Source: Eledone cirrhosa (lineage: Eukaryota). Taken from it: 64,000 nt of DNA. Of the stretch, positions 1 through 13,830 are shown in pieces. Position numbers and translations under genes: made by a program. Under the pieces are notes generated by a model. That model worked only from the letters and a program-made list of their open reading frames with translations, was not told where the DNA came from and did not search any database. Numbering within the stretch: the first letter of the stretch is position 1; each line of letters starts with the position of its first letter. The DNA lies in contig OZ024741.1 in NCBI GenBank assembly GCA_964016885.1, forward strand, positions 1,364,001-1,428,000, given 5' to 3'.

Positions 1-3000
1 CCTGCAGATAGATTATTAAAGGTAACATCTCCTACCTACAGATAGATTATTAAAGGTAACATCTACCTACAGATAGATTATTAAAGGTAACATCTCCTAC
101 CTACAGATAGATCATTAAAGGTAACATCTACCTACAGATAGATTATTAAAAGTAACATCTCCTACATACAGATAGATTATTAAAGGTAACATCTACTACC
201 TACAGATAGATTATTAAAGGTAACATCTCCTACCTACAGATAGATTATTAAAGGTAACATCTCCTACCTACAGATAGATTATTAAAGGTAACATCTCCTA
301 CCTACAGATAGATTATTAAAGGTAACATCTACCTACAGATAGATTATTAAAGGTAACATCTCCTACCTACAGATAGATTATTAAAGGTAACATCTACCTA
401 CAGATAGATTATTAAAGGTAACATCTACTACCTACAGATAGATTATTAAAGGTAACATCTCCTACCTACAGATAGATTATTAAAGGTAACATCTCCTACC
501 TACAGATAGATTATTAAAGGTAACATCTCCTACCTACAGATAGATTATTAAAGGTAACATCTACCTACAGATAGATTATAAAAAACAATATCTCCTACCT
601 ACAGATAGATTATTAAAGGTAACATCTACCTACAGATAGATAATTAAAGGTAACATCTACCTACAGATAGATTATTAAAGGTAACATCTACCTACAGATA
701 GATTATTAAAGGTAACATCTACTACCTACAGATAGATTATTAAAGGTAACATCTCCTACCTACAGATAGATTATTAAAGGTAACTTCTACCTACAGATAG
801 ATTATTAAATGTAACATCTCCTACCTACAGATAGATTATTAAAGGTAACATCTCCTACCTACAGATAGATTATTAAAGGTAACATCTCCTACCTACAGAT
901 AGATTATTAAAGGTAACATCTCCTGCCTTACAGATAGATTATTAAAGGTAACATCTACCTACAGATAGATTATTAAAGGTAACATCTACTTACAGATAGA
1001 TTATTAAAGGTAACATCTCCTACCTACAGATAGATTATTAAAGACAACATCTCCTACCTACAGATAGATTATTAAAGGTAACATCTACCTACAGATAGAT
1101 TATTAAAGGTAACATCTCCTAATTACAGATAGATTATTAAAGACAACATCTCCTACCTACAGATAGATTATTAAAGGTAACATCTACCTACAGATAGATG
1201 ATTAAACTTAACATCTCCTAACTACAGATAGATTATTAAAGGTAACATCTAACTACAGATAGATTATTAAAGGTAACATCTCCTACCTACAGATGGATTA
1301 TTAAAGGTAACATCTCCTACCTACAGATAGATTATTAAAGGTAACATCTCCCACCTACAGATAGATTATTAAAGGTAATATCTACCTACAGATAGATTAT
1401 TAAAAGTAACATCTCCTACCTACAGATAGATTATTAAAGGTAACATCTACCTACAGATAGATTATTAAAGGTAACATCTCCTATCTACAGATAGATTATT
1501 AAAGGTAACATCTCCTACCTACAGATAGATTATTAAAGGTAACATCTCCTACCTACAGATAGATTATTAAAGGTAACATCTACCTACAGATAGATTATTA
1601 AAGACAACATCTCCTACCTACAGATAGATTATTAAAGGTAACATCTACCTACAGATAGATTATTAAAGGTAACATCTCCTACCTACAGATAGATTATTAA
1701 AGGTAACATCTACCTACAGATAGATTATTAAAGACAACATCTCCTACCTACAGATAGATTATTAAAGGTAACATCTATCTACAGATAGATTATTAAAGGT
1801 AACATCTCCTATCTACAGATAGATTATTAAAAACAACATCTCCTACCTACAGATAGATTATTAAATATAACATCTAACTACAGATAGATTATTTAAGGTA
1901 ACATCTCCTACCTACAAATAGATTATTAAAGGTAACAACTCCTACCTACAGATAGATTAGTAAAGGTAACATCTCCTACCTACAGATAGATTATTAAAGG
2001 TAACATCTACCTACAGATAGATTATTAAAGGTAACATCTACCTACAGATAGATTATTAAAGATAACATCTCCTAACTACAGATAGATTATTAAAGGTAAC
2101 ATCTACCTACAGATAGATTATTAAAGGTAACAACTACCTACAGAGAGATTATTAAAGGTAACATCTCCTACCTACAGATAGATTATTAAAGGTAACATCT
2201 ACCTACAGATAGATTATTAAAGGTAACATCTCCTACCTACATATAGATTATTAAAGGTAACATCTCCTACCTACAGATAGATTATTAAAGGTAACATCGC
2301 CTACCTACAGATAGATTATTAAAGGTAACATCTCCTACCTACAGATAGACTATTAAAGGTAACATCTACCTACAGATAGAATATTAAAGGTAACATCTCC
2401 TACCTACAGATAGATTAATAAAAGTAACATCTACCTACAGATAGATTATTAAAGGCAACATCTCCTACCTACAGATAGATTAATAAAAGTAACATCTCCT
2501 ACCTACAGATAGATTATTAAAGGTAACATCTACCTACAGATAGAATATTAAAGGTAACATCTCCTACCAACAGATAGATTATTAAAGGTAACATCTACCT
2601 ACAGATAGGTTATTAAAGGTAACATCTACCTACAGATAGATTATTCAAGGTAACATCTCCTACCTACAGATAGATTATTAAAGGTAACATCTCCTACCTA
2701 CATATAGATTATTAAAGGTAACATCTCCTACCTACAGATAGATTATTAAAGGTAACATCTACTTACCAATAGATTATTAAAGACAACATCTCCTGCAGAT
2801 AGATTATTAAAGGTAACATCTCCTACCTACAGATAGATTATTAAAGGTAACATCTCCTAAATACAGATAGATTATTAAAGGTAACATCTACCTACAGATA
2901 GATTATTAAAGGTAACATCTCCTACCTACAGATAGATTATTAAAGGTAACATCTCCTACCTACAGATAGATTATTAAAGGTAACATCTCCTACCTACAGA

Positions 3001-3925
3001 TAGATTATTAAAGGTAACATCTACCTACAGATAGATTATTAAAGGTAACATCTACCTACAGATAGATTATTAAAGGTAACATCTCCTACCTACAGATAGA
3101 TTATTAAAGGTAACATCTCCTACATACAGATAGATTATTAAAGGTAACACCTCCTACCTACAGATAGATTATTAAAGGTAACATCTACTACCTACGGATA
3201 GATTATTAAAGACAACATCTCCTACCTACAGATAGATTATTAAAGGTAACATCTCCTACCTACAGATAGATTATTAAAGGCAACATCTCCTACAGATAGA
3301 TTATTAAAGACAACATCCCCTACCTACAAATAGATTATTAAAGGTAACATCTCCTACCTACAGATAGATTATTAAAGGTAACATCTCCTACCTACAGATA
3401 GATTATTAAATGTAACATCTACCTACCTACAGATAGATTATAAAAGACAACATCTCCTACCTACAGATAGATTGTTAAAGGTACCATCTACCTACAGATA
3501 CATTATTAAAGGTAACATCTCCTACCTACACATAGATTATTAAAGATAACATCTACTACCTACAGTTAGATTATTAAAGGTAACATCTATCTACAGAGAG
3601 ATTATTAAAGGTAACATCTCCTACCTACAGATAGATTATTAAAGGTAACATCTACCTACAAATAGATTATTAAAGGTAACATCTCCTACCTGCAGATAGA
3701 TTATTAAAGGTAACATCTCCTACCTACAGATATATTATTAAAGGTAACATCTCCTACCTACAGATAGATTATTAAAGGTAACATCTACCTACAGATAGAT
3801 TATTAAAGGTAACATTACCTACAGATAGATTATTAAAGGTAACATCTCCTACCTACAGATAGATTATTAAAGGTAACATCTCCTACATACAGATAGATTA
3901 TTAAAGGTAACACCTCCTACCTACA

Positions 3926-6900
3926 GATAGATTATTAAAGGTAACATCTACTACCTACGGATAGATTATTAAAGACAACATCTCCTACCTACAGATAGAT
4001 TATTAAAGGTAACATCTCCTACCTACAGATAGATTATTAAAGGCAACATCTCCTACAGATAGATTATTAAAGACAACATCCCCTACCTACAGATAGATTA
4101 TTAAAGGTAACATCTCCTACCTACAGATAGATTATTAAAGGTAACATCTCCTACCTACAGATAGATTATTAAATGTAACATCTACCTACCTACAGATAGA
4201 TTATAAAAGACAACATCTCCTACCTACAGATAGATTGTTAAAGGTACCATCTACCTACAGATACATTATTAAAGGTAACATCTCCTACCTACACATAGAT
4301 TATTAAAGATAACATCTACTACCTACAGTTAGATTATTAAAGGTAACATCTATCTACAGATAGATTATTAAAGGTAACATCTCCTACCTACAGATAGATT
4401 ATTAAAGGTAACATCTACCTACAAATAGATTATTAAAGGTAACATCTCCTACCTGCAGATAGATTATTAAAGGTAACATCTCCTACCTACAGATAGATTA
4501 TTAAAGGTAACATCTCCTACCTACAGATAGATTATTAAATGTAACATCTACCTACCTACAGATAGATTATAAAAGACAACATCTCCTACCTACAGATAGA
4601 TTGTTAAAGGTACCATCTACCTACAGATACATTATTAAAGGTAACATCTCCTACCTACACATAGATTATTAAAGATAACATCTACTACCTACAGTTAGAT
4701 TATTAAAGGTAACATCTATCTACAGATAGATTATTAAAGGTAACATCTCCTACCTACAGATAGATTATTAAAGGTAACATCTACCTACAAATAGATTATT
4801 AAAGGTAACATCTCCCACCTGCAGATAGATTATTAAAGGTAACATCTCCTACCTACAGATAGATTATTAAAGGTAACATCTACCTACAGATAGATTATTA
4901 AAGGTAACATCTCCTACCTACAGATAGATCATTAAAGGTAACATCTACCTACAGATAGATTATTAAAAGTAACATCTCCTACATACAGATAGATTATTAA
5001 AGGTAACATCTACTACCTACAGATAGATTATTAAAGGTAACATCTCCTACCTACAGATAGATTATTAAAGGTAACATCTCCTACCTACAGATAGATTATT
5101 AAAGGTAACATCTACTACCTACGGATAGATTATTAAAGACAACATCTCCTACCTACAGATAGATTATTAAAGGTAACATCTCCTACCTACAGATAGATTA
5201 TTAAAGGCAACATCTCCTACAGATAGATTATTAAAGACAACATCCCCTACCTACAGATAGATTATTAAAGGTAACATCTCCTACCTACAGATAGATTATT
5301 AAAGGTAACATCTCCTACCTACAGATAGATTATTAAATGTAACATCTACCTACCTACAGATAGATTATAAAAGACAACATCTCCTACCTACAGATAGATT
5401 GTTAAAGGTACCATCTACCTACAGATACATTATTAAAGGTAACATCTCCTACCTACACATAGATTATTAAAGATAACATCTACTACCTACAGTTAGATTA
5501 TTAAAGGTAACATCTATCTACAGATAGATTATTAAAGGTAACATCTCCTACCTACAGATAGATTATTAAAGGTAACATCTACCTACAAATAGATTATTAA
5601 AGGTAACATCTCCTACCTGCAGATAGATTATTAAAGGTAACATCTCCTACCTACAGATAGATTATTAAAGGTAACATCTCCTACCTACAGATAGATTATT
5701 AAATGTAACATCTACCTACCTACAGATAGATTATAAAAGACAACATCTCCTACCTACAGATAGATTGTTAAAGGTACCATCTACCTACAGATACATTATT
5801 AAAGGTAACATCTCCTACCTACACATAGATTATTAAAGATAACATCTACTACCTACAGTTAGATTATTAAAGGTAACATCTATCTACAGATAGATTATTA
5901 AAGGTAACATCTCCTACCTACAGATAGATTATTAAAGGTAACATCTACCTACAAATAGATTATTAAAGGTAACATCTCCCACCTGCAGATAGATTATTAA
6001 AGGTAACATCTCCTACCTACAGATAGATTATTAAAGGTAACATCTACCTACAGATAGATTATTAAAGGTAACATCTCCTACCTACAGATAGATCATTAAA
6101 GGTAACATCTACCTACAGATAGATTATTAAAAGTAACATCTCCTACATACAGATAGATTATTAAAGGTAACATCTACTACCTACAGATAGATTATTAAAG
6201 GTAACATCTCCTACCTACAGATAGATTATTAAAGGTAACATCTCCTACCTACAGATAGATTATTAAAGGTAACATCTACTACCTACGGATAGATTATTAA
6301 AGACAACATCTCCTACCTACAGATAGATTATTAAAGGTAACATCTCCTACCTACAGATAGATTATTAAAGGCAACATCTCCTACAGATAGATTATTAAAG
6401 ACAACATCCCCTACCTACAGATAGATTATTAAAGGTAACATCTCCTACCTACAGATAGATTATTAAAGGTAACATCTCCTACCTACAGATAGATTATTAA
6501 ATGTAACATCTACCTACCTACAGATAGATTATAAAAGACAACATCTCCTACCTACAGATAGATTGTTAAAGGTACCATCTACCTACAGATACATTATTAA
6601 AGGTAACATCTCCTACCTACACATAGATTATTAAAGATAACATCTACTACCTACAGTTAGATTATTAAAGGTAACATCTATCTACAGATAGATTATTAAA
6701 GGTAACATCTCCTACCTACAGATAGATTATTAAAGGTAACATCTACCTACAAATAGATTATTAAAGGTAACATCTCCTACCTGCAGATAGATTATTAAAG
6801 GTAACATCTCCTACCTACAGATAGATTATTAAAGGTAACATCTCCTACCTACAGATAGATTATTAAATGTAACATCTACCTACCTACAGATAGATTATAA

Positions 6901-7417
6901 AAGACAACATCTCCTACCTACAGATAGATTGTTAAAGGTACCATCTACCTACAGATACATTATTAAAGGTAACATCTCCTACCTACACATAGATTATTAA
7001 AGATAACATCTACTACCTACAGTTAGATTATTAAAGGTAACATCTATCTACAGATAGATTATTAAAGGTAACATCTCCTACCTACAGATAGATTATTAAA
7101 GGTAACATCTACCTACAAATAGATTATTAAAGGTAACATCTCCCACCTGCAGATAGATTATTAAAGGTAACATCTCCTACCTACAGATAGATTATTAAAG
7201 GTAACATCTACCTACAGATAGATTATTAAAGGTAACATCTCCTACCTACAGATAGATCATTAAAGGTAACATCTACCTACAGATAGATTATTAAAAGTAA
7301 CATCTCCTACATACAGATAGATTATTAAAGGTAACATCTACTACCTACAGATAGATTATTAAAGGTAACATCTCCTACCTACAGATAGATTATTAAAGGT
7401 AACATCTCCTACCTACA
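3926..7417. repeat. 1164-bp higher-order repeat, three tandem copies
   Basis: The first GGTACC of each pair lies at 4243, 5407 and 6571. The CTACGGA and GATCATT markers recur at the same 1164-bp spacing. Confidence 0.88.
4160..4888. repeat. 366-bp 11-monomer higher-order cassette (example tandem pair), marked by a GGTACC (KpnI) variant
   Basis: Fixed order of variant monomers: AAATGT 35-mer, TATAAAAGAC, TTGTTAAAGGTACC, GATACATT, CACATAG, GATAAC..CAGTTAG, ATCTATCT, ACAAAT, CCTGCAG. GGTACC occurs at 4243 and 4609 (366 bp = 35 + 7x34 + 3x31). The same 366-bp pairing recurs, e.g. 42845/43211. Confidence 0.93.
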
Positions 7418-8079
7418 GATAGATTATTAAAGGTAACATCTCCTACCTACAGATAGATTATTAAAGGTAACATCTACCTACAGATAGATTATTAAAGGTA
7501 ACATCTCCTACCTACAGATAGATTATTAAAGGTAACATCTACCTACAGATAGATTATTAAAGGTAACATCTACTACCTACAGATAGATTATTAAAGGTAA
7601 CATCTCCTACCTACAGATAGATTATTAAAGGTAACATCTCCTACCTACAGATAGATTATTAAAGGTAACATCTCCTACCTACAGATAGATTATTAAAGGT
7701 AACATCTACCTACAGATAGATTATAAAAAACAATATCTCCTACCTACAGATAGATTATTAAAGGTAACATCTACCTACAGATAGATAATTAAAGGTAACA
7801 TCTACCTACAGATAGATTATTAAAGGTAACATCTACCTACAGATAGATTATTAAAGGTAACATCTACTACCTACAGATAGATTATTAAAGGTAACATCTA
7901 CTACCTACGGATAGATTATTAAAGACAACATCTCCTACCTACAGATAGATTATTAAAGGTAACATCTCCTACCTACAGATAGATTATTAAAGGCAACATC
8001 TCCTACAGATAGATTATTAAAGACAACATCCCCTACCTACAGATAGATTATTAAAGGTAACATCTCCTACCTACAGATA

Positions 8080-11000
8080 GATTATTAAAGGTAACATCTC
8101 CTACCTACAGATAGATTATTAAATGTAACATCTACCTACCTACAGATAGATTATAAAAGACAACATCTCCTACCTACAGATAGATTGTTAAAGGTACCAT
8201 CTACCTACAGATACATTATTAAAGGTAACATCTCCTACCTACACATAGATTATTAAAGATAACATCTACTACCTACAGTTAGATTATTAAAGGTAACATC
8301 TATCTACAGATAGATTATTAAAGGTAACATCTCCTACCTACAGATAGATTATTAAAGGTAACATCTACCTACAAATAGATTATTAAAGGTAACATCTCCT
8401 ACCTGCAGATAGATTATTAAAGGTAACATCTCCTACCTACAGATAGATTATTAAAGGTAACATCTCCTACCTACAGATAGATTATTAAATGTAACATCTA
8501 CCTACCTACAGATAGATTATAAAAGACAACATCTCCTACCTACAGATAGATTGTTAAAGGTACCATCTACCTACAGATACATTATTAAAGGTAACATCTC
8601 CTACCTACACATAGATTATTAAAGATAACATCTACTACCTACAGTTAGATTATTAAAGGTAACATCTATCTACAGATAGATTATTAAAGGTAACATCTCC
8701 TACCTACAGATAGATTATTAAAGGTAACATCTACCTACAAATAGATTATTAAAGGTAACATCTCCCACCTGCAGATAGATTATTAAAGGTAACATCTCCT
8801 ACCTACAGATAGATTATTAAAGGTAACATCTACCTACAGATAGATTATTAAAGGTAACATCTCCTACCTACAGATAGATCATTAAAGGTAACATCTACCT
8901 ACAGATAGATTATTAAAAGTAACATCTCCTACATACAGATAGATTATTAAAGGTAACATCTACTACCTACAGATAGATTATTAAAGGTAACATCTCCTAC
9001 CTACAGATAGATTATTAAAGGTAACATCTCCTACCTACAGATAGATTATTAAAGGTAACATCTCCTACCTACAGATAGATTATTAAAGGTAACATCTACC
9101 TACAGATAGATTATTAAAGGTAACATCTCCTACCTACAGATAGATTATTAAAGGTAACATCTACCTACAGATAGATTATTAAAGGTAACATCTACTACCT
9201 ACAGATAGATTATTAAAGGTAACATCTCCTACCTACAGATAGATTATTAAAGGTAACATCTCCTACCTACAGATAGATTATTAAAGGTAACATCTCCTAC
9301 CTACAGATAGATTATTAAAGGTAACATCTACCTACAGATAGATTATAAAAAACAATATCTCCTACCTACAGATAGATTATTAAAGGTAACATCTACCTAC
9401 AGATAGATAATTAAAGGTAACATCTACCTACAGATAGATTATTAAAGGTAACATCTACCTACAGATAGATTATTAAAGGTAACATCTACTACCTACAGAT
9501 AGATTATTAAAGGTAACATCTCCTACCTACAGATAGATTATTAAAGGTAACTTCTACCTACAGATAGATTATTAAATGTAACATCTCCTACCTACAGATA
9601 GATTATTAAAGGTAACATCTCCTACCTACAGATAGATTATTAAAGGTAACATCTCCTACCTACAGATAGATTATTAAAGGTAACATCTCCTGCCTTACAG
9701 ATAGATTATTAAAGGTAACATCTACCTACAGATAGATTATTAAAGGTAACATCTACTTACAGATAGATTATTAAAGGTAACATCTCCTACCTACAGATAG
9801 ATTATTAAAGACAACATCTCCTACCTACAGATAGATTATTAAAGGTAACATCTACCTACAGATAGATTATTAAAGGTAACATCTCCTAATTACAGATAGA
9901 TTATTAAAGACAACATCTCCTACCTACAGATAGATTATTAAAGGTAACATCTACCTACAGATAGATGATTAAACTTAACATCTCCTACCTACAGATAGAT
10001 TATTAAAGGTAACATCTAACTACAGATAGATTATTAAAGGTAACATCTCCTACCTACAGATGGATTATTAAAGGTAACATCTCCTACCTACAGATAGATT
10101 ATTAAAGGTAACATCTCCCACCTACAGATAGATTATTAAAGGTAATATCTACCTACAGATAGATTATTAAAAGTAACATCTCCTACCTACAGATAGATTA
10201 TTAAAGGTAACATCTACCTACAGATAGATTATTAAAGGTAACATCTCCTATCTACAGATAGATTATTAAAGGTAACATCTCCTACCTACAGATAGATTAT
10301 TAAAGGTAACATCTCCTACCTACAGATAGATTATTAAAGGTAACATCTACCTACAGATAGATTATTAAAGAAAACATCTCCTACCTACAGATAGATTATT
10401 AAAGGTAACATCTACCTACAGATAGATTATTAAAGGTAACACCTCCTACCTACAGATAGATTATTAAAGGTAACATCTACTACCTACGGATAGATTATTA
10501 AAGACAACATCTCCTACCTACAGATAGATTATTAAAGGTAACATCTCCCACCTACAGATAGATTATTAAAGGTAATATCTACCTACAGATAGATTATTAA
10601 AAGTAACATCTCCTACCTACAGATAGATTATTAAAGGTAACATCTACCTACAGATAGATTATTAAAGGTAACATCTCCTATCTACAGATAGATTATTAAA
10701 GGTAACATCTCCTACCTACAGATAGATTATTAAAGGTAACATCTCCTACCTACAGATAGATTATTAAAGGTAACATCTACCTACAGATAGATTATTAAAG
10801 ACAACATCTCCTACCTACAGATAGATTATTAAAGGTAACATCTACCTACAGATAGATTATTAAAGGTAACATCTCCTACCTACAGATAGATTATTAAAGG
10901 TAACATCTACCTACAGATAGATTATTAAAGACAACATCTCCTACCTACAGATAGATTATTAAAGGTAACATCTCCTACCTACAGATAGATTATTAAATGT

Positions 11001-13830
11001 AACATCTACCTACCTACAGATAGATTATAAAAGACAACATCTCCTACCTACAGATAGATTGTTAAAGGTACCATCTACCTACAGATACATTATTAAAGGT
11101 AACATCTCCTACCTACACATAGATTATTAAAGATAACATCTACTACCTACAGTTAGATTATTAAAGGTAACATCTATCTACAGATAGATTATTAAAGGTA
11201 ACATCTCCTACCTACAGATAGATTATTAAAGGTAACATCTACCTACAAATAGATTATTAAAGGTAACATCTCCTACCTGCAGATAGATTATTAAAGGTAA
11301 CATCTCCTACCTACAGATAGATTATTAAAGGTAACATCTCCTACCTACAGATAGATTATTAAATGTAACATCTACCTACCTAGAGATAGATTATAAAAGA
11401 CAACATCTCCTACCTACAGATAGATTGTTAAAGGTACCATCTACCTACAGATACATTATTAAAGGTAACATCTCCTACCTACACATAGATTATTAAAGAT
11501 AACATCTACTACCTACAGTTAGATTATTAAAGGTAACATCTATCTACAGATAGATTATTAAAGGTAACATCTCCTACCTACAGATAGATTATTAAAGGTA
11601 ACATCTACCTACAAATAGATTATTAAAGGTAACATCTCCCACCTGCAGATAGATTATTAAAGGTAACATCTCCTACCTACAGATAGATTATTAAAGGTAA
11701 CATCTACCTACAGATAGATTATTAAAGGTAACATCTCCTACCTACAGATAGATCATTAAAGGTAACATCTACCTACAGATAGATTATTAAAAGTAACATC
11801 TCCTACATACAGATAGATTATTAAAGGTAACATCTACTACCTACAGATAGATTATTAAAGGTAACATCTCCTACCTACAGATAGATTATTAAAGGTAACA
11901 TCTCCTACCTACAGATAGATTATTAAAGGTAACATCTCCTACCTACAGATAGATTATTAAAGGTAACATCTACCTACAGATAGATTATTAAAGGTAACAT
12001 CTCCTACCTACAGATAGATTATTAAAGGTAACATCTACCTACAGATAGATTATTAAAGGTAACATCTACTACCTACAGATAGATTATTAAAGGTAACATC
12101 TCCTACCTACAGATAGATTATTAAAGGTAACATCTCCTACCTACAGATAGATTATTAAAGGTAACATCTCCTACCTACAGATAGATTATTAAAGGTAACA
12201 TCTACCTACAGATAGATTATAAAAAACAATATCTCCTACCTACAGATAGATTATTAAAGGTAACATCTACCTACAGATAGATAATTAAAGGTAACATCTA
12301 CCTACAGATAGATTATTAAAGGTAACATCTACCTACAGATAGATTATTAAAGGTAACATCTACTACCTACAGATAGATTATTAAAGGTAACATCTCCTAC
12401 CTACAGATAGATTATTAAAGGTAACTTCTACCTACAGATAGATTATTAAATGTAACATCTCCTACCTACAGATAGATTATTAAAGGTAACATCTCCTACC
12501 TACAGATAGATTATTAAAGGTAACATCTCCTACCTACAGATAGATTATTAAAGGTAACATCTCCTGCCTTACAGATAGATTATTAAAGGTAACATCTACC
12601 TACAGATAGATTATTAAAGGTAACATCTACTTACAGATAGATTATTAAAGGTAACATCTCCTACCTACAGATAGATTATTAAAGACAACATCTCCTACCT
12701 ACAGATAGATTATTAAAGGTAACATCTACCTACAGATAGATTATTAAAGGTAACATCTCCTAATTACAGATAGATTATTAAAGACAACATCTCCTACCTA
12801 CAGATAGATTATTAAAGGTAACATCTACCTACAGATAGATGATTAAACTTAACATCTCCTACCTACAGATAGATTATTAAAGGTAACATCTAACTACAGA
12901 TAGATTATTAAAGGTAACATCTCCTACCTACAGATGGATTATTAAAGGTAACATCTCCTACCTACAGATAGATTATTAAAGGTAACATCTCCCACCTACA
13001 GATAGATTATTAAAGGTAATATCTACCTACAGATAGATTATTAAAAGTAACATCTCCTACCTACAGATAGATTATTAAAGGTAACATCTACCTACAGATA
13101 GATTATTAAAGGTAACATCTCCTATCTACAGATAGATTATTAAAGGTAACATCTCCTACCTACAGATAGATTATTAAAGGTAACATCTCCTACCTACAGA
13201 TAGATTATTAAAGGTAACATCTACCTACAGATAGATTATTAAAGACAACATCTCCTACCTACAGATAGATTATTAAAGGTAACATCTACCTACAGATAGA
13301 TTATTAAAGGTAACACCTCCTACCTACAGATAGATTATTAAAGGTAACATCTACTACCTACGGATAGATTATTAAAGACAACATCTCCTACCTACAGATA
13401 GATTATTAAAGGTAACATCTCCCACCTACAGATAGATTATTAAAGGTAATATCTACCTACAGATAGATTATTAAAAGTAACATCTCCTACCTACAGATAG
13501 ATTATTAAAGGTAACATCTACCTACAGATAGATTATTAAAGGTAACATCTCCTATCTACAGATAGATTATTAAAGGTAACATCTCCTACCTACAGATAGA
13601 TTATTAAAGGTAACATCTCCTACCTACAGATAGATTATTAAAGGTAACATCTACCTACAGATAGATTATTAAAGACAACATCTCCTACCTACAGATAGAT
13701 TATTAAAGGTAACATCTACCTACAGATAGATTATTAAAGGTAACATCTCCTACCTACAGATAGATTATTAAAGGTAACATCTACCTACAGATAGATTATT
13801 AAAGACAACATCTCCTACCTACAGATAGAT
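8080..13830. repeat. 2874-bp tandem duplication (two copies)
   Basis: GGTACC 8193/11067, GATTAAACTT 9967/12841 and CGGA 10487/13361 are all offset by 2874. Confidence 0.85.

Noticed and set aside
578-595. TATAAAA TATA-box-like and AATAAA poly(A)-like variants
   Set aside because: They arise from single substitutions in the AT-rich TTATTAAA tract, and no associated gene or transcript evidence is present.
3270-3435. Apparent compensating 30-bp and 35-bp monomers preserving frame
   Set aside because: The 35-mer also occurs without a 30-mer in the second cassette of each pair. The recurrence reflects duplication of a single event, not independent selection.
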